Assembly: GCA_049322915.1 (NCBI GenBank)
Contig: JBMOPW010000032.1
Span: 64,001-128,000 of the forward strand
Direction of reading: 5' to 3'
Length of the DNA stretch: 64,000 nt
Source: Candidatus Zhuqueibacterota bacterium
GTDB taxonomy: Bacteria; Zhuqueibacterota; Zhuqueibacteria; Thermofontimicrobiales; Thermofontimicrobiaceae
Positions 9,288 to 19,211 of this stretch are shown in pieces. The position numbers and the translations under genes are program-made. The stretch's first letter is position 1; every line of letters begins with the position of its first letter. The notes under the pieces were generated by a model. It saw only the letters and a list, made by a program, of their open reading frames with translations, made no database searches and was not told where the DNA came from.

Positions 9288-11825
9288 ATGCTGAGACGAA
9301 TGCCACTTTTCCAGATAGCATTAATTTTTATCCTGCAAAATTTCTTCCTTCTGTCTCTGACTTATTCCGCAGACAATGAATTGTACTATCGATTGAAAGA
9401 GCGTTGGGTTCGTAATTTCGACAATGTCCTTCCCATTGATATTAATAATGATGGCATTGATGAGCTTGCCATTCAAAACGGAGGTCAGATAGACATCAAT
9501 GATATTGGCTTAAATAATTATGACAGAAGTTTTCGGATCGCAGCGCCGACACAATATCAAATTACTCCCCTTTTGACGGCAACGAAAAATTCGCTCCTGT
9601 TCTTGATGTCGTATTTGAATGAAGATTCCTGCGTGCATAAAGTTTTATTGCCCACCAATCTCACGCGTGGACAGAGCATCCCCATAGACTCGCTAAAACC
9701 ACTTATTTCATTTTATAGATCAGACAGCGCATCCCGGTTCGATTTCAGGGAATCTTTAGAGTTGTTAGGAAGCTATGCCACTAAATCCGGTGATAACATT
9801 ACGTTGTTTAATAAAATGACACCCTGGGATGCGAAAGGTACAAGAGGACTCATCGCTTATGATATTTATAAAGGTAGGGTGATTTGGCAGCGAGAGTCTG
9901 CTTCGGTCATTCATTGTTTTCAGTTGGATGATATCGATGGCGATGATGAAGTTGAAATAATTGTGGGTTCGTACGCCAACCGAAACGGAGTGAGGGGTGG
10001 CGGGATGACTGATGACAGCAGTTACGTGATTATCTACGAGGCAGATGGCACAGAAAAATGGCGGCGGGCAACAGGTCCGTATTGGACAGGGGCATGGACG
10101 GGTGCGGGTAATTTTAAAAATAATCAGCGGAAAAAATTGGTTATCCATCAATATAGCTTAAGAATTACCTCTGCCAACCAGGATGAAATTTATATCGTTG
10201 ATCCCCGGACAGGCGACATGATTGTACCTCCTAAAAGGATAGGAAATCAATTGACTCGTTCCGATAATACATTTTTAAATATCTGTCACGATTTTGACGG
10301 CGATGGTTCAGATGAAATTGTCATCGGCAGCACCGATGGCTTTGTTCGATTGCTCAATGGTGATTTGTCAGTAACACAAAATTCCGAATCATTTGAAAAA
10401 AAGTATGTCCAGATCAGTGCAGTTGAAGACCTGGATGGTGATGGATTATTGGAAGTTGTTTGCGTTATTCCAAACGAACGAATTATTATTCTGAATCATC
10501 AACTTAAAACTCTTTTTTCCTGGCCACTACCTGTTCCGACTAATGCTCGAGTAAAAGTTATTCATGGCGACAGAAAAGCTTACCTGCTTGTTTCTTTAAC
10601 TCAGGAGTCCCAAAGTGTATACCGTTTGTTCGAATTGCAGCGATCAATCTACCCTTTCGAGCAGGTTGAAAAAGTAAAAAGCCTTTCCCTCTGGGTGGTG
10701 GCAGCCTGTATACTCGTTCTCTTCATTATTTTAATTCGAAATCTTTTTTTTGGGACAAAGGCAAAAAAAATCCTTCCCGAATTGCTGGAACAGGCGAACC
10801 TGCTGGATCATTGCCTGCTGGTCACAAAAGCTGGCATGATGTATGAGGTTGGAAAATTATGGAAATCTCTATTCCAAATTCAGATCCTCAATCCCGGCGG
10901 GAAGCATTGGACTGAAATGTTCAAAGCAGATTCATTGAATCAGGTGAAGACTATTTTATCTGAATTTATCGAACACCGGTCCAATGAAAAATCGCTCATG
11001 ATATCGATCCGGGGTAATGGAGAGCAAATAGCGATTCGGTTGAAATCGCTGTATTTACCAAATGTTAAATCATTTTGCTTCATGATATTTGATATGTCCG
11101 AAGAAGCGCATGTTCGGCAGGTGAAGCACTGGGCTCAGGTGGCGCAACGGTTGGCTCATGGCATAAAAAATCCTCTTACCACTGTGAAGCTGAATGCTGA
11201 AGAGCTTCGACATGTGCTCAGAAAGAATTGCCGGGAAAAAATTCCGGATATCGATGATTATTTTGATGCCATGATCCACCAGGTAAATAAATTGAAAAAA
11301 ATGAGCGATGGCTTCATGCAATTTGTGGAATTTGAAAAGCCGAATTTACGAAGCGCCGATTTAAATGAAAAAATTAGTGAATTGGTGAATTTGTGGAAGC
11401 CGGAAAAATCAGCAGGAATAGAAATCGAGCTGGAGCTTGACGAAGGACTGGCCCCGACAATGCTCGACGTGCAGCAATTTGAATTCGCTCTGAAAAATGT
11501 CTTTTTTAATGCAATGGAAAGCATGCCAAACGGCGGGCGTATTTTAATTTCGACACGACGGGTCAGACTGTTGAACAGCGACAAAGGGCATTCGGCTAAA
11601 AATTATAATGAACTACAAATCAGGGATACCGGCTGCGGAATTCCGCCTGAGTTTCTGGAAAAAGTGACCCAGCCGTATTTCACCAGAAATAAAATTGAAG
11701 GCACCGGCCTGGGGCTGAGCATCGTTCAAAAAATTATGGATTCGCACGAAGGCCAACTGGAAATTTTTAGCGAGGTTGATTTCGGCACAACAGTCTCTCT
11801 TCGGTTCAGAATAAAGTCGGATTGA
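9288..11825 (+). CDS. Sensor histidine kinase with extracytoplasmic FG-GAP/VCBS-repeat domain
   Basis: Signal peptide; repeated DxxxDGxxE motifs; one TM helix; H-box LAHGIKNPL; N box NVFFNA; G boxes DTGCGI and GTGLGL. Confidence 0.88.
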   Translation: MLRRMPLFQIALIFILQNFFLLSLTYSADNELYYRLKERWVRNFDNVLPIDINNDGIDELAIQNGGQIDINDIGLNNYDRSFRIAAPTQYQITPLLTATKNSLLFLMSYLNEDSCVHKVLLPTNLTRGQSIPIDSLKPLISFYRSDSASRFDFRESLELLGSYATKSGDNITLFNKMTPWDAKGTRGLIAYDIYKGRVIWQRESASVIHCFQLDDIDGDDEVEIIVGSYANRNGVRGGGMTDDSSYVIIYEADGTEKWRRATGPYWTGAWTGAGNFKNNQRKKLVIHQYSLRITSANQDEIYIVDPRTGDMIVPPKRIGNQLTRSDNTFLNICHDFDGDGSDEIVIGSTDGFVRLLNGDLSVTQNSESFEKKYVQISAVEDLDGDGLLEVVCVIPNERIIILNHQLKTLFSWPLPVPTNARVKVIHGDRKAYLLVSLTQESQSVYRLFELQRSIYPFEQVEKVKSLSLWVVAACILVLFIILIRNLFFGTKAKKILPELLEQANLLDHCLLVTKAGMMYEVGKLWKSLFQIQILNPGGKHWTEMFKADSLNQVKTILSEFIEHRSNEKSLMISIRGNGEQIAIRLKSLYLPNVKSFCFMIFDMSEEAHVRQVKHWAQVAQRLAHGIKNPLTTVKLNAEELRHVLRKNCREKIPDIDDYFDAMIHQVNKLKKMSDGFMQFVEFEKPNLRSADLNEKISELVNLWKPEKSAGIEIELELDEGLAPTMLDVQQFEFALKNVFFNAMESMPNGGRILISTRRVRLLNSDKGHSAKNYNELQIRDTGCGIPPEFLEKVTQPYFTRNKIEGTGLGLSIVQKIMDSHEGQLEIFSEVDFGTTVSLRFRIKSD

Positions 11826-11867
11826 AAAATCAGAAAATATTACATAAAAGTTGAAATGATGAGTCCC

Positions 11868-11883
11868 TGGCATACGGATTGCA
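11868..11883 (+). promoter_or_regulatory. Sigma54 (-24/-12) promoter
   Basis: TGGCATACGGATTGCA, exact GG-N10-GC spacing, 60 bp upstream of the regulator gene. Confidence 0.65.
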
Positions 11884-11943
11884 TATTTAGCTTTGCTTCA
11901 CGAAAGATAACTAAAAGATGAACCCCAACTACAGCCATATTCA

Positions 11944-13302
11944 ATGACGCCAGGAGCTAAAATACTAATTACTGATGATGATACTTCTATTTGCCAAATT
12001 CTCAATAAAATATTATCCGGTGAAAATTATAATGTTTGGGAAGCGCACTCCGGTGTTGAGGTGCTTCGAATGGTTTCTGAAAATGATTTCGATTTAATTC
12101 TACTCGATTTGCAAATGCCGAGCATGAGCGGAATTGAAGTCGCCCAAAGAGTCATTGCCGAACACCCCCAGATCCCCATTGTCCTCATTTCTGCCTATGG
12201 AACCGTTTCTAAAGCCGTGGAAGCGACAAAAATTGGTGTGTACGATTTTCTGGAGAAACCCCCGGATCGCGACCGGATTCTTGTCACCGTTCAGAATGCA
12301 CTTGCTCATGGTCAATTACAGAAGGAATTATCTCTTTACAAAAAGGATTATCTCGATCGGTTCAAGATGGTGGGGCAATCTCCCCAAATACAAGAAGTGT
12401 ACAGCCTCATCGAAAAAGTGGGACCGACCGAGTCTTCCATTCTCATTATGGGCGAAAATGGTTCGGGAAAAGAACTGGTAGCCCAGGCGATTCATCAATG
12501 CAGTGCACGGAAGGATCGGCCACTTGTGAAAATGAACTGCGCTGCTGTCCCTGATAACCTCTTGGAGAGCGAGCTATTTGGGCATACCAAAGGAGCATTC
12601 ACCGGCGCCTATTTTGCGAAAAAAGGCCGCATCCAGGCCGCCCATGGAGGAACTCTGCTCCTGGATGAAATAGGCGATATGAGTCCATCCGCTCAGGCAA
12701 AGGTGCTGCGCTTTTTAGAGAGCGGTGAAATTCAGCAGGTCGGGTCCACAGAAATCGCCACAGTGAATGTGCGCGTGGTCGCTGCCTCCAATAAAAATAT
12801 TCTAAAGATGGTTGAAGAAAAGTCGTTCCGTGAGGATTTATTTTATCGATTGAATGTTTTTTCAATTACCGTTCCCCCGCTCCGGGATCGGAAAGAGGAC
12901 ATCCCGCTGTTGCTGGATTATTTTATTGAAAGATGTTCGGATGCCAATGGCGTCAATCGGCCAAGGCTGTCTCCTTCAGCGCTGAATTATCTTCGTGGCT
13001 TTGACTGGCCTGGTAATGTTCGCCAACTCAGGAATTTTGTCGAGCGGTTGATGGTTATGAAAGAGGGAGATTTGATAGAGTTGAGCGCCGTGCGGCAACT
13101 GTTATCCCCAAGGGATAGACAATCGAATGTGCCGGATTCAATCCGCTCCCTCCATAATGCGCGCCAGGAATTCGAGCGCGACTATATTCTGAGTGTGCTG
13201 GAGTGCAATGAATGGCGCGTGGCGAAAGTGGCGGAAATTCTTGGCGTGGACAGAGTGAATCTATATCGAAAAATGAGGCAACTGGGAATAAGCGGGAAGT
13301 GA
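11944..13302 (+). CDS. Sigma54-dependent response regulator (NtrC/NtrX family)
   Basis: Receiver (TDDD, LLDLQMP), AAA+ domain ([22 protein letters not shown]), Fis-type HTH. Confidence 0.95.
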   Translation: MTPGAKILITDDDTSICQILNKILSGENYNVWEAHSGVEVLRMVSENDFDLILLDLQMPSMSGIEVAQRVIAEHPQIPIVLISAYGTVSKAVEATKIGVYDFLEKPPDRDRILVTVQNALAHGQLQKELSLYKKDYLDRFKMVGQSPQIQEVYSLIEKVGPTESSILIMGENGSGKELVAQAIHQCSARKDRPLVKMNCAAVPDNLLESELFGHTKGAFTGAYFAKKGRIQAAHGGTLLLDEIGDMSPSAQAKVLRFLESGEIQQVGSTEIATVNVRVVAASNKNILKMVEEKSFREDLFYRLNVFSITVPPLRDRKEDIPLLLDYFIERCSDANGVNRPRLSPSALNYLRGFDWPGNVRQLRNFVERLMVMKEGDLIELSAVRQLLSPRDRQSNVPDSIRSLHNARQEFERDYILSVLECNEWRVAKVAEILGVDRVNLYRKMRQLGISGK

Positions 13303-13372
13303 TTCTGAAAATGTAATAAAAATGAAACAAACGCTGTAGTATTTTTGACGACAGCGAAATATATTGAAAATT

Positions 13373-13402
13373 AAAGGGATGCCGGTGGGTATCCTTTTTT
13401 TT
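13373..13402 (+). terminator. Rho-independent terminator
   Basis: AAAGGGATGCC-GGTG-GGTATCCTTTT stem followed by a T tract. Confidence 0.65.
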
Positions 13403-13506
13403 GTGGCAAAAGTGCCTGTTCAAGCGCCGCTCAAGGTCGATGTTTTATTGTATAGCGACATCAGTGACTATGAGTTGAAAAAAAGTCGATCAGGGAGTTG
13501 TGATTT

Positions 13507-13761
13507 ATGAAAGATGATGGGATGCAAAAGCTGCTTTCTGATTTTTCCTGGGCTTACAACCGGCTAAATGAAGGATAGAATTCAAATAGTCAGGAGAATC
13601 TCTTGATTGATGTCGCGGATCAAAGATTCGAATTTATATTTGAGTTAAGCAGGAAATTGATGAAGCGCTAATTGAATTATCAGGGCGTCGAGGTGAACAA
13701 TCCTCTTCTCAGGTCTTTATTAAAACTGATGGAACAGGATATTAAAAAAGAGATGGATTGA
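13507..13761 (+). pseudogene. Degraded HI0074-family nucleotidyltransferase substrate-binding (HEPN) protein
   Basis: Frame from ATG 13507 reads MKDDGMQKLLSDFSWAYNRLNEG*NSNSQENLLIDVADQRFEFIFELSRKLMKR*LNYQGVEVNNP; QRFEFxFELxxKLMK family signature; in-frame stops at 13576 and 13669. Confidence 0.75.
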
Positions 13762-13827
13762 AAATTGACTCCGCGTGTCAGAAAATCCAGCCTATAAACT
13801 TTCCTCACCCACCTTCCCAATTTTCTC

Positions 13828-13856
13828 TTGACTATTACCCCAATTTATGCTATATT
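13828..13856 (+). promoter_or_regulatory. Sigma70 promoter
   Basis: TTGACT-N17-TATATT with extended TG. Confidence 0.6.
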
Positions 13857-13925
13857 TTACCGCTTTTTTGTGACAGGTCCGAGCATTACATACACTCATT
13901 ATTTAAAATATCTGGAGGGGTTGGA

Positions 13926-14990
13926 TTGAAGACAGATTTCAACACAATTGATGATAGCTATGATTTAGTCATACATTTGTTGAGCTTCTCCTATTTCTTT
14001 GGTGATTATTCCGTTGTCTTTCATGTCATGAATACCAATTCGACGGTTCATCTCTCAATTAAAAAAGGAGATATTGCTGCGCTGCGGAAATTTGCAGTGC
14101 GTAACTGGGTAAATTTTGAAGCGATCCCGGCGGATCAGCGCCAGGAGTTGGATTCAATTTACTCTGAAATCACTTCTAAATACGGGCAGCAACTGAAAAA
14201 TCAGTTGGCGCCTCTGCCGACGGAATTTCTGACCGATCTGGGAAAACGCGCGCTTGGTTTTGGTCATTACAAAGATGCCTATGCGGCATTCAATGCGATC
14301 AAGGCGCATGATAAACAAGTCAATGAATCATTGGTTCAGGCCGGGGAATTATTGCAGTCGAAGGAGGTCAACAATCCATCAGCCGACGCTGAAACCAGCA
14401 AGGATTCCGCATTTTATGTGAAAGTCTCTCAGGCTGTTGATGCTGTGTATGAGGCTGTGAAATTGAAAAACCCCTTTGGCGGACAGTTTCAAGACCTGGG
14501 TCCGGATTTACACATGAAGGATACCGAGAGCATGCGGAAGTTCATCAAATATGTGGAATTGAATCTATTGAAAGAGCTCATCGAATTTTCCATCAGTTAT
14601 CTTCTCGATGATCGGCAAATTGCGGATCGAATCATCCCGGCTCTGTCCAGTGGGAAAGTTCGAAAAATTTTCCTGCGTCAGTTAGCAGCGAAATTTTCAC
14701 TCGGAGAAGAACGATATAGCCAATTTGTGGCGAACTATCAATCTGCTGTGGAAAAATTGAAGACCGCTAAAACCGAGGTCGATTATTTTATCGTTCAAAA
14801 GACGTTGCTCGGGAGAGGTACCGGTGAAAATGTGGCGCACCAATTTCTCAGGGAGCTTTGTTTGGAGCATCCAATCAGCGCGATGCTCGTATTGCGTCAG
14901 CCGACGCCGGGAGGGAACGTCATCATCGCGCCGATAATGCTCAAATCGGGCGTTTCGCTAATGGATTTTCTTGAACTGGGCAATGTGTGA
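13926..14990 (+). CDS. Hypothetical alpha-helical (possibly TPR-like) protein
   Basis: Long ORF; TTG start 13926 after GGAGG and downstream of the promoter; alternative ATG 14028; no family recognised. Confidence 0.75.
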   Translation: MKTDFNTIDDSYDLVIHLLSFSYFFGDYSVVFHVMNTNSTVHLSIKKGDIAALRKFAVRNWVNFEAIPADQRQELDSIYSEITSKYGQQLKNQLAPLPTEFLTDLGKRALGFGHYKDAYAAFNAIKAHDKQVNESLVQAGELLQSKEVNNPSADAETSKDSAFYVKVSQAVDAVYEAVKLKNPFGGQFQDLGPDLHMKDTESMRKFIKYVELNLLKELIEFSISYLLDDRQIADRIIPALSSGKVRKIFLRQLAAKFSLGEERYSQFVANYQSAVEKLKTAKTEVDYFIVQKTLLGRGTGENVAHQFLRELCLEHPISAMLVLRQPTPGGNVIIAPIMLKSGVSLMDFLELGNV

Positions 14991-15202
14991 TTGGACACTG
15001 CAGTTCCTGAATGTTTTTCGAGCAGAGTTTTTTTCCCGGGAGGTTTCTCAGAAAAACTCACTTCAAAATTCGGATACTTCAAAAATGAGTCCACTCTAAA
15101 GAGCCAATCTGCGGCAGTGTTTTTTCAGAGTGTACTTAAAAATAAAAAAAAGGAAATCGGCATTGGCTGTTTTCCTTTTTATTTATCGGAGGGAAGGTTT
15201 CT

Positions 15203-18200
15203 GTGTCATTTGAGGATAATCGATTTTATCTTGGAATTGATGTCGGTTCAGTGAGCATTAAATTGTGTCTTGTGAGCAGCGAAATCAACGGGTCAGTCTT
15301 ATCCGATATTTATCATTCGAATCCCACTCAATTTCACCCGCCGTTTTTTCATCAGATTCCCCAACAGGGCATGTATTCTTTTTTGCTGACAACCTACCAA
15401 CGGATCCAGGGTGAGCCACTCAAAGCCGCGGTGAATTTACTGTTGCCATTGCTATCCCTGCTGCCGGAAAAATTTGAGATTAATCTTTCAGCGACAGGAG
15501 CTGGCGGAAAAATCATTTCCCGGGTGCTGAATATTCCATACGAAAATGAGTTTCGGGCGATTGCCCGAGGGGTTGGTATTTTTCATCCCGAAGTCAGGAC
15601 GGTACTGGAAATTGGAGGCGACAGTTCGAAATACATTGTCCTGGACAAAATTGATTCCGAAACCACCGGCATTCTGGATTACGAAGTCAACGGCGAATGC
15701 GCTGCCGGAACCGGCTCGTTCATCGATCAGCAGGCGTCGCGGTTGTTGTATGCTGTGGAAGAAGTCGGCGGTATTGTGATGAGAGCCGGCAAGCCGGCGA
15801 ACATTGCCGGCCGTTGTTCGGTATTCGCGAAGTCCGACATGATTCATGCGCAGCAAAAAGGATTTCAGCCGCCGGAAATACTCAAAGGATTGTGCCAGGC
15901 GGTGGTCAGAAATTTCAAAGGGGCCATCATCAAGGGGAAGGAAGTGATCCCGCCTGTCGCGTTCATTGGCGGCGTGGCAGCAAATCGGGGAATCGTGGCG
16001 GCGGTGAAAGAGCTGTTTCAGTTGGAGGAAGACTCGCTGATTGTCCCGACGTATTATGCGTGGCTGGAATCGATTGGGACTGCGTTGCTCGCCGGCGGCC
16101 AGTCCGATTTTCGCTCCGTTGAAATTTTAAAAAATTCGCTGCAGCAATCCGGCAATCAATCCAAGCAATTTGATGTGATGGAGCCGATTCGCCGGGATAA
16201 ATTGCTGCTCATGCGGGAAAAAGAGATCCCGATTGAGTTGAAAAAGACATCGGAGAAACTATCCGTTTATATTGGCATTGATATTGGATCTGTCACCACC
16301 AAATTGGCGGTGATTGATGATTCCGGCAATCTGCTCAAAGGTATTTATACGAAAACCCAGGCCCGACCCATTGAAGTCGTGACAAAAGGTCTGGCTGAAA
16401 TCAGCCAGGAATTGGCTGAGCGAATTGATATCAAGGGCGTGGGAACCACCGGCTCCGGCCGCGAGTTAATCGGCGAACTCATCAGTGCGGACACGATCAA
16501 AGATGAGATCACTGCGCACAAAACAGGCGCCATGTACGTCAGCGAGACGATAACGCATATTGCGGTCGATACAATTTTCGATATTGGCGGACAGGATTCC
16601 AAATACATATCTCTTGAAGATGGCATTGTCGTTGATTTCACGATGAACGAAGCGTGCGCCGCCGGCACTGGGTCTTTTCTGGAGGAGCAGGCGGAAAAAT
16701 TGGGAATCAATATTCAGCGGGAATTTGCCGACCTCGCCTTTCAATCGACTCATCCCATTCGGCTGGGCGAGCGCTGTACTGTGTTCATGGAGAAAGAGAT
16801 CATCCCGTATCTGCAGCGAGGGGCGGAGAAAAAGGATATTGTCGCCGGACTGGCCTACTCCATTGTCACTAATTACCTCAATCGTGTTGTGGCCGGCCGG
16901 AGAATTGGAGATGTCATTTATTTTCAGGGCGGTACAGCCTACAATGACGCTGTGGCTGCTGCGTTCGCGACTGTTCTGAACAAGCAGGTGATTGTGCCTC
17001 CTTACAACGGAATTCTGGGCGCGATTGGCGCAGCGCTTCTCGCCCGCGAAAAGATGAAACGAACCGGAAAAACAACATTGTTTCGCGGATTCAATCTCGA
17101 ACACATCACCTATACCTTGCGTTCATTCACATGCAAGGGGTGCACCAATTTTTGTGATATTCAGGAATTCAATGTCGAAGGGAAAAAAACCTATTGGGGC
17201 GATAAATGCTCGGAGCGCTATCGGAAAGAAGTGAAGCTGGAACGGGAGCCGATTATTCCTGATTTATTGGCGGCAAAAGAGGCGCTGCTTCTGTCCGATT
17301 ATCGGGCGGAGGGTAGCCGCAAGCAGACGATCGGCATCCCACGAAGTATGTATTTTTATGACCAATTCCCGCTCTGGTACACCTATTTTCATGCGCTCGG
17401 TTTTCCAGTTGTAATTTCCGATGAAACAAACCGACAGATCGTCCACGCCGGCGTTGAAAGCAGGGTGGCGGAACCCTGCTTCCCGATTACTGTGGCGCAT
17501 GGGCATGTGACCAATCTGCTGCAAAAAAACGTGGACTTTGTCTTTGTCCCGAATGTCGTCGATGCCGAGACACAGTTCGGGAAGACCAATTCTTTCTTCT
17601 GTCCCTGGGGCCAGACCCTGTGTTACGTGCTTCGGGCGACGCCAGCCTTCATTCCGCATCGCGATAAAATTCTCTCTCCGACGATTCGCTACCGGCTTGG
17701 CATTGAAGAAGTAAAAAAGCAATTCAGCGAGATGGCGGAGCAGTTGGGGATTCGACGGCGCGATAGCGATCTGGCCATTGAAAAGGGCTACGCGCGCTGG
17801 CGCGAGGTGAATTCCAAACAGTTGCTCACTGGAAAAGAATCAGTGGAGAAAATTTTGCGCTCTGGTGCGCAGGCCATTGTGCTGCTCGGTCGCTCGTACA
17901 ACATCTACGATAAAATGGTGAACCTGAATGTCCCGGCCAAGCTGCACCAGTTTTACGGCATCAATATCATTCCATTGGATTACCTGGACATCGATTCGAT
18001 CGATATCTCTGATATCAATGACAACATGTACTGGAATTACGGGCGAAAGATTCTGCAGGTAGCGCGTTGGTCTTCTCAGTACGACTCGATTCATTTAATT
18101 TATATCACGAATTTCAAGTGCGGACCGGATTCCTATATCAAACATTATGTGCGCGAAGCGGCGAAAAAGCCCTATCTGACGATTCAGTTCGACGAGCACG

Positions 18201-18265
18201 GAAATGACGCCGGCATAATGACTCGCTGCGAGGCGTATCTCGATAGCAAAGGATTTTTACGGTAG
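15203..18265 (+). CDS. Acyl-CoA dehydratase activase (two BadF/BadG/BcrA/BcrD ATPase domains + DUF2229-like region)
   Basis: GIDVGSVS and GIDIGSVT; CAAGTGSF twice; RCSVF and RCTVF; CKGCTNFC; CFPITVAHGH; FKCGPDS. Confidence 0.9.
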   Translation: MSFEDNRFYLGIDVGSVSIKLCLVSSEINGSVLSDIYHSNPTQFHPPFFHQIPQQGMYSFLLTTYQRIQGEPLKAAVNLLLPLLSLLPEKFEINLSATGAGGKIISRVLNIPYENEFRAIARGVGIFHPEVRTVLEIGGDSSKYIVLDKIDSETTGILDYEVNGECAAGTGSFIDQQASRLLYAVEEVGGIVMRAGKPANIAGRCSVFAKSDMIHAQQKGFQPPEILKGLCQAVVRNFKGAIIKGKEVIPPVAFIGGVAANRGIVAAVKELFQLEEDSLIVPTYYAWLESIGTALLAGGQSDFRSVEILKNSLQQSGNQSKQFDVMEPIRRDKLLLMREKEIPIELKKTSEKLSVYIGIDIGSVTTKLAVIDDSGNLLKGIYTKTQARPIEVVTKGLAEISQELAERIDIKGVGTTGSGRELIGELISADTIKDEITAHKTGAMYVSETITHIAVDTIFDIGGQDSKYISLEDGIVVDFTMNEACAAGTGSFLEEQAEKLGINIQREFADLAFQSTHPIRLGERCTVFMEKEIIPYLQRGAEKKDIVAGLAYSIVTNYLNRVVAGRRIGDVIYFQGGTAYNDAVAAAFATVLNKQVIVPPYNGILGAIGAALLAREKMKRTGKTTLFRGFNLEHITYTLRSFTCKGCTNFCDIQEFNVEGKKTYWGDKCSERYRKEVKLEREPIIPDLLAAKEALLLSDYRAEGSRKQTIGIPRSMYFYDQFPLWYTYFHALGFPVVISDETNRQIVHAGVESRVAEPCFPITVAHGHVTNLLQKNVDFVFVPNVVDAETQFGKTNSFFCPWGQTLCYVLRATPAFIPHRDKILSPTIRYRLGIEEVKKQFSEMAEQLGIRRRDSDLAIEKGYARWREVNSKQLLTGKESVEKILRSGAQAIVLLGRSYNIYDKMVNLNVPAKLHQFYGINIIPLDYLDIDSIDISDINDNMYWNYGRKILQVARWSSQYDSIHLIYITNFKCGPDSYIKHYVREAAKKPYLTIQFDEHGNDAGIMTRCEAYLDSKGFLR

Positions 18266-18363
18266 CCACTCTCTGAATCTGGAAAAACAGAAACCACGAT
18301 ATCGATAGTACTGTGTGGGTCAGGCTTTGGGACAAGTTCGCTTTCAGCGGGATGTTATGAGAT

Positions 18364-18402
18364 AAAATAAAAAGCCCCCGGGACACGGGGACTTTTTATT
18401 TT
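18364..18402. terminator. Bidirectional terminator between convergent genes
   Basis: AAAATAAAAAGCCCCCG-GGACA-CGGGGACTTTTTATTTT. Confidence 0.75.
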
Positions 18403-18560
18403 GAGCGCATTGAAACGGAGGGTTATTTGATTCTTGAATGAAATCGCAATGGATTTTATCGTCAACATGTCAGAAATTCATCTCGATGGATCCCTCGTTT
18501 TGAAATGACGTCGATATTCCGGCGTCCCATAAATATGCACGAATCGACCCTGTTTACGCT

Positions 18561-19211
18561 TCATTTCGATGTAACAAAAACGCTATCCACGACTGTTTTC
18601 TCAAGGTAGATCAATTTCATCACTGGCACTTCTTCCGGCACTTTATTGACCGGCAGGGGATGGTATTCCATCAGGCCCTGTTTATATCCCCACATTTCAA
18701 CGGACGTCACGTCTTCTGTTTGTTCCAGATGCATTTTAATGGGAATCCCTTTGTAGTTTCTGCGCAGGCCGCGCAACAGGGAAGCGAAAATTGCGCCCAT
18801 GGCTCGCACAGAATCCGGAGCGCTTTCGAATCGCTCCGGAGAGTCGTTGGAGTTGGCCGTGAATTTAACATTGCCGCCAAAGCTCCACAGATTCATTATT
18901 TTTTGAGCCTTGCTGCTTGGCGTGAGCAGGTAAATCCTACCGCCGGGGAATGTCCTGGCAATATCCAGCTCTCCGAACCCGTCGCCGGATAAATCGTAAA
19001 TGACCATTTTATCAATCTTATCCTCCGGGATCATGAAATCTTCCGCAAAGAAGTCGATGAGTTTTTTGTTGGTCACCGTTGTGGTTTGAACAATGGCCTG
19101 ATCGATTTGAATTTCCTGACTCTGTCCGAAGGCCTCAGCACCGAGAAAGGTGAAGAAGGCGAAAGCTGAGAGTCGTATCGCGACTTTGAATGATGTATGT
19201 TCTCGTATCAT
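18561..19211 (-). CDS. Secreted hypothetical protein
   Basis: Signal peptide ending AEAFG; DLSGDG Ca-binding-like motif; ATGA overlap with the upstream TPR gene. Confidence 0.75.
   Translation of the reverse strand: MIREHTSFKVAIRLSAFAFFTFLGAEAFGQSQEIQIDQAIVQTTTVTNKKLIDFFAEDFMIPEDKIDKMVIYDLSGDGFGELDIARTFPGGRIYLLTPSSKAQKIMNLWSFGGNVKFTANSNDSPERFESAPDSVRAMGAIFASLLRGLRRNYKGIPIKMHLEQTEDVTSVEMWGYKQGLMEYHPLPVNKVPEEVPVMKLIYLEKTVVDSVFVTSK

Noticed and set aside
13311..13460. TGT-Nx-ACA enhancer-like sites after the regulator
   Set aside because: Spacing is inconsistent and there is no valid downstream -24/-12 promoter
13758..13925. N-terminal extension of the 410-aa ORF
   Set aside because: Contains a clear promoter and a GGAGG RBS, so the true start is likely 13926 or later
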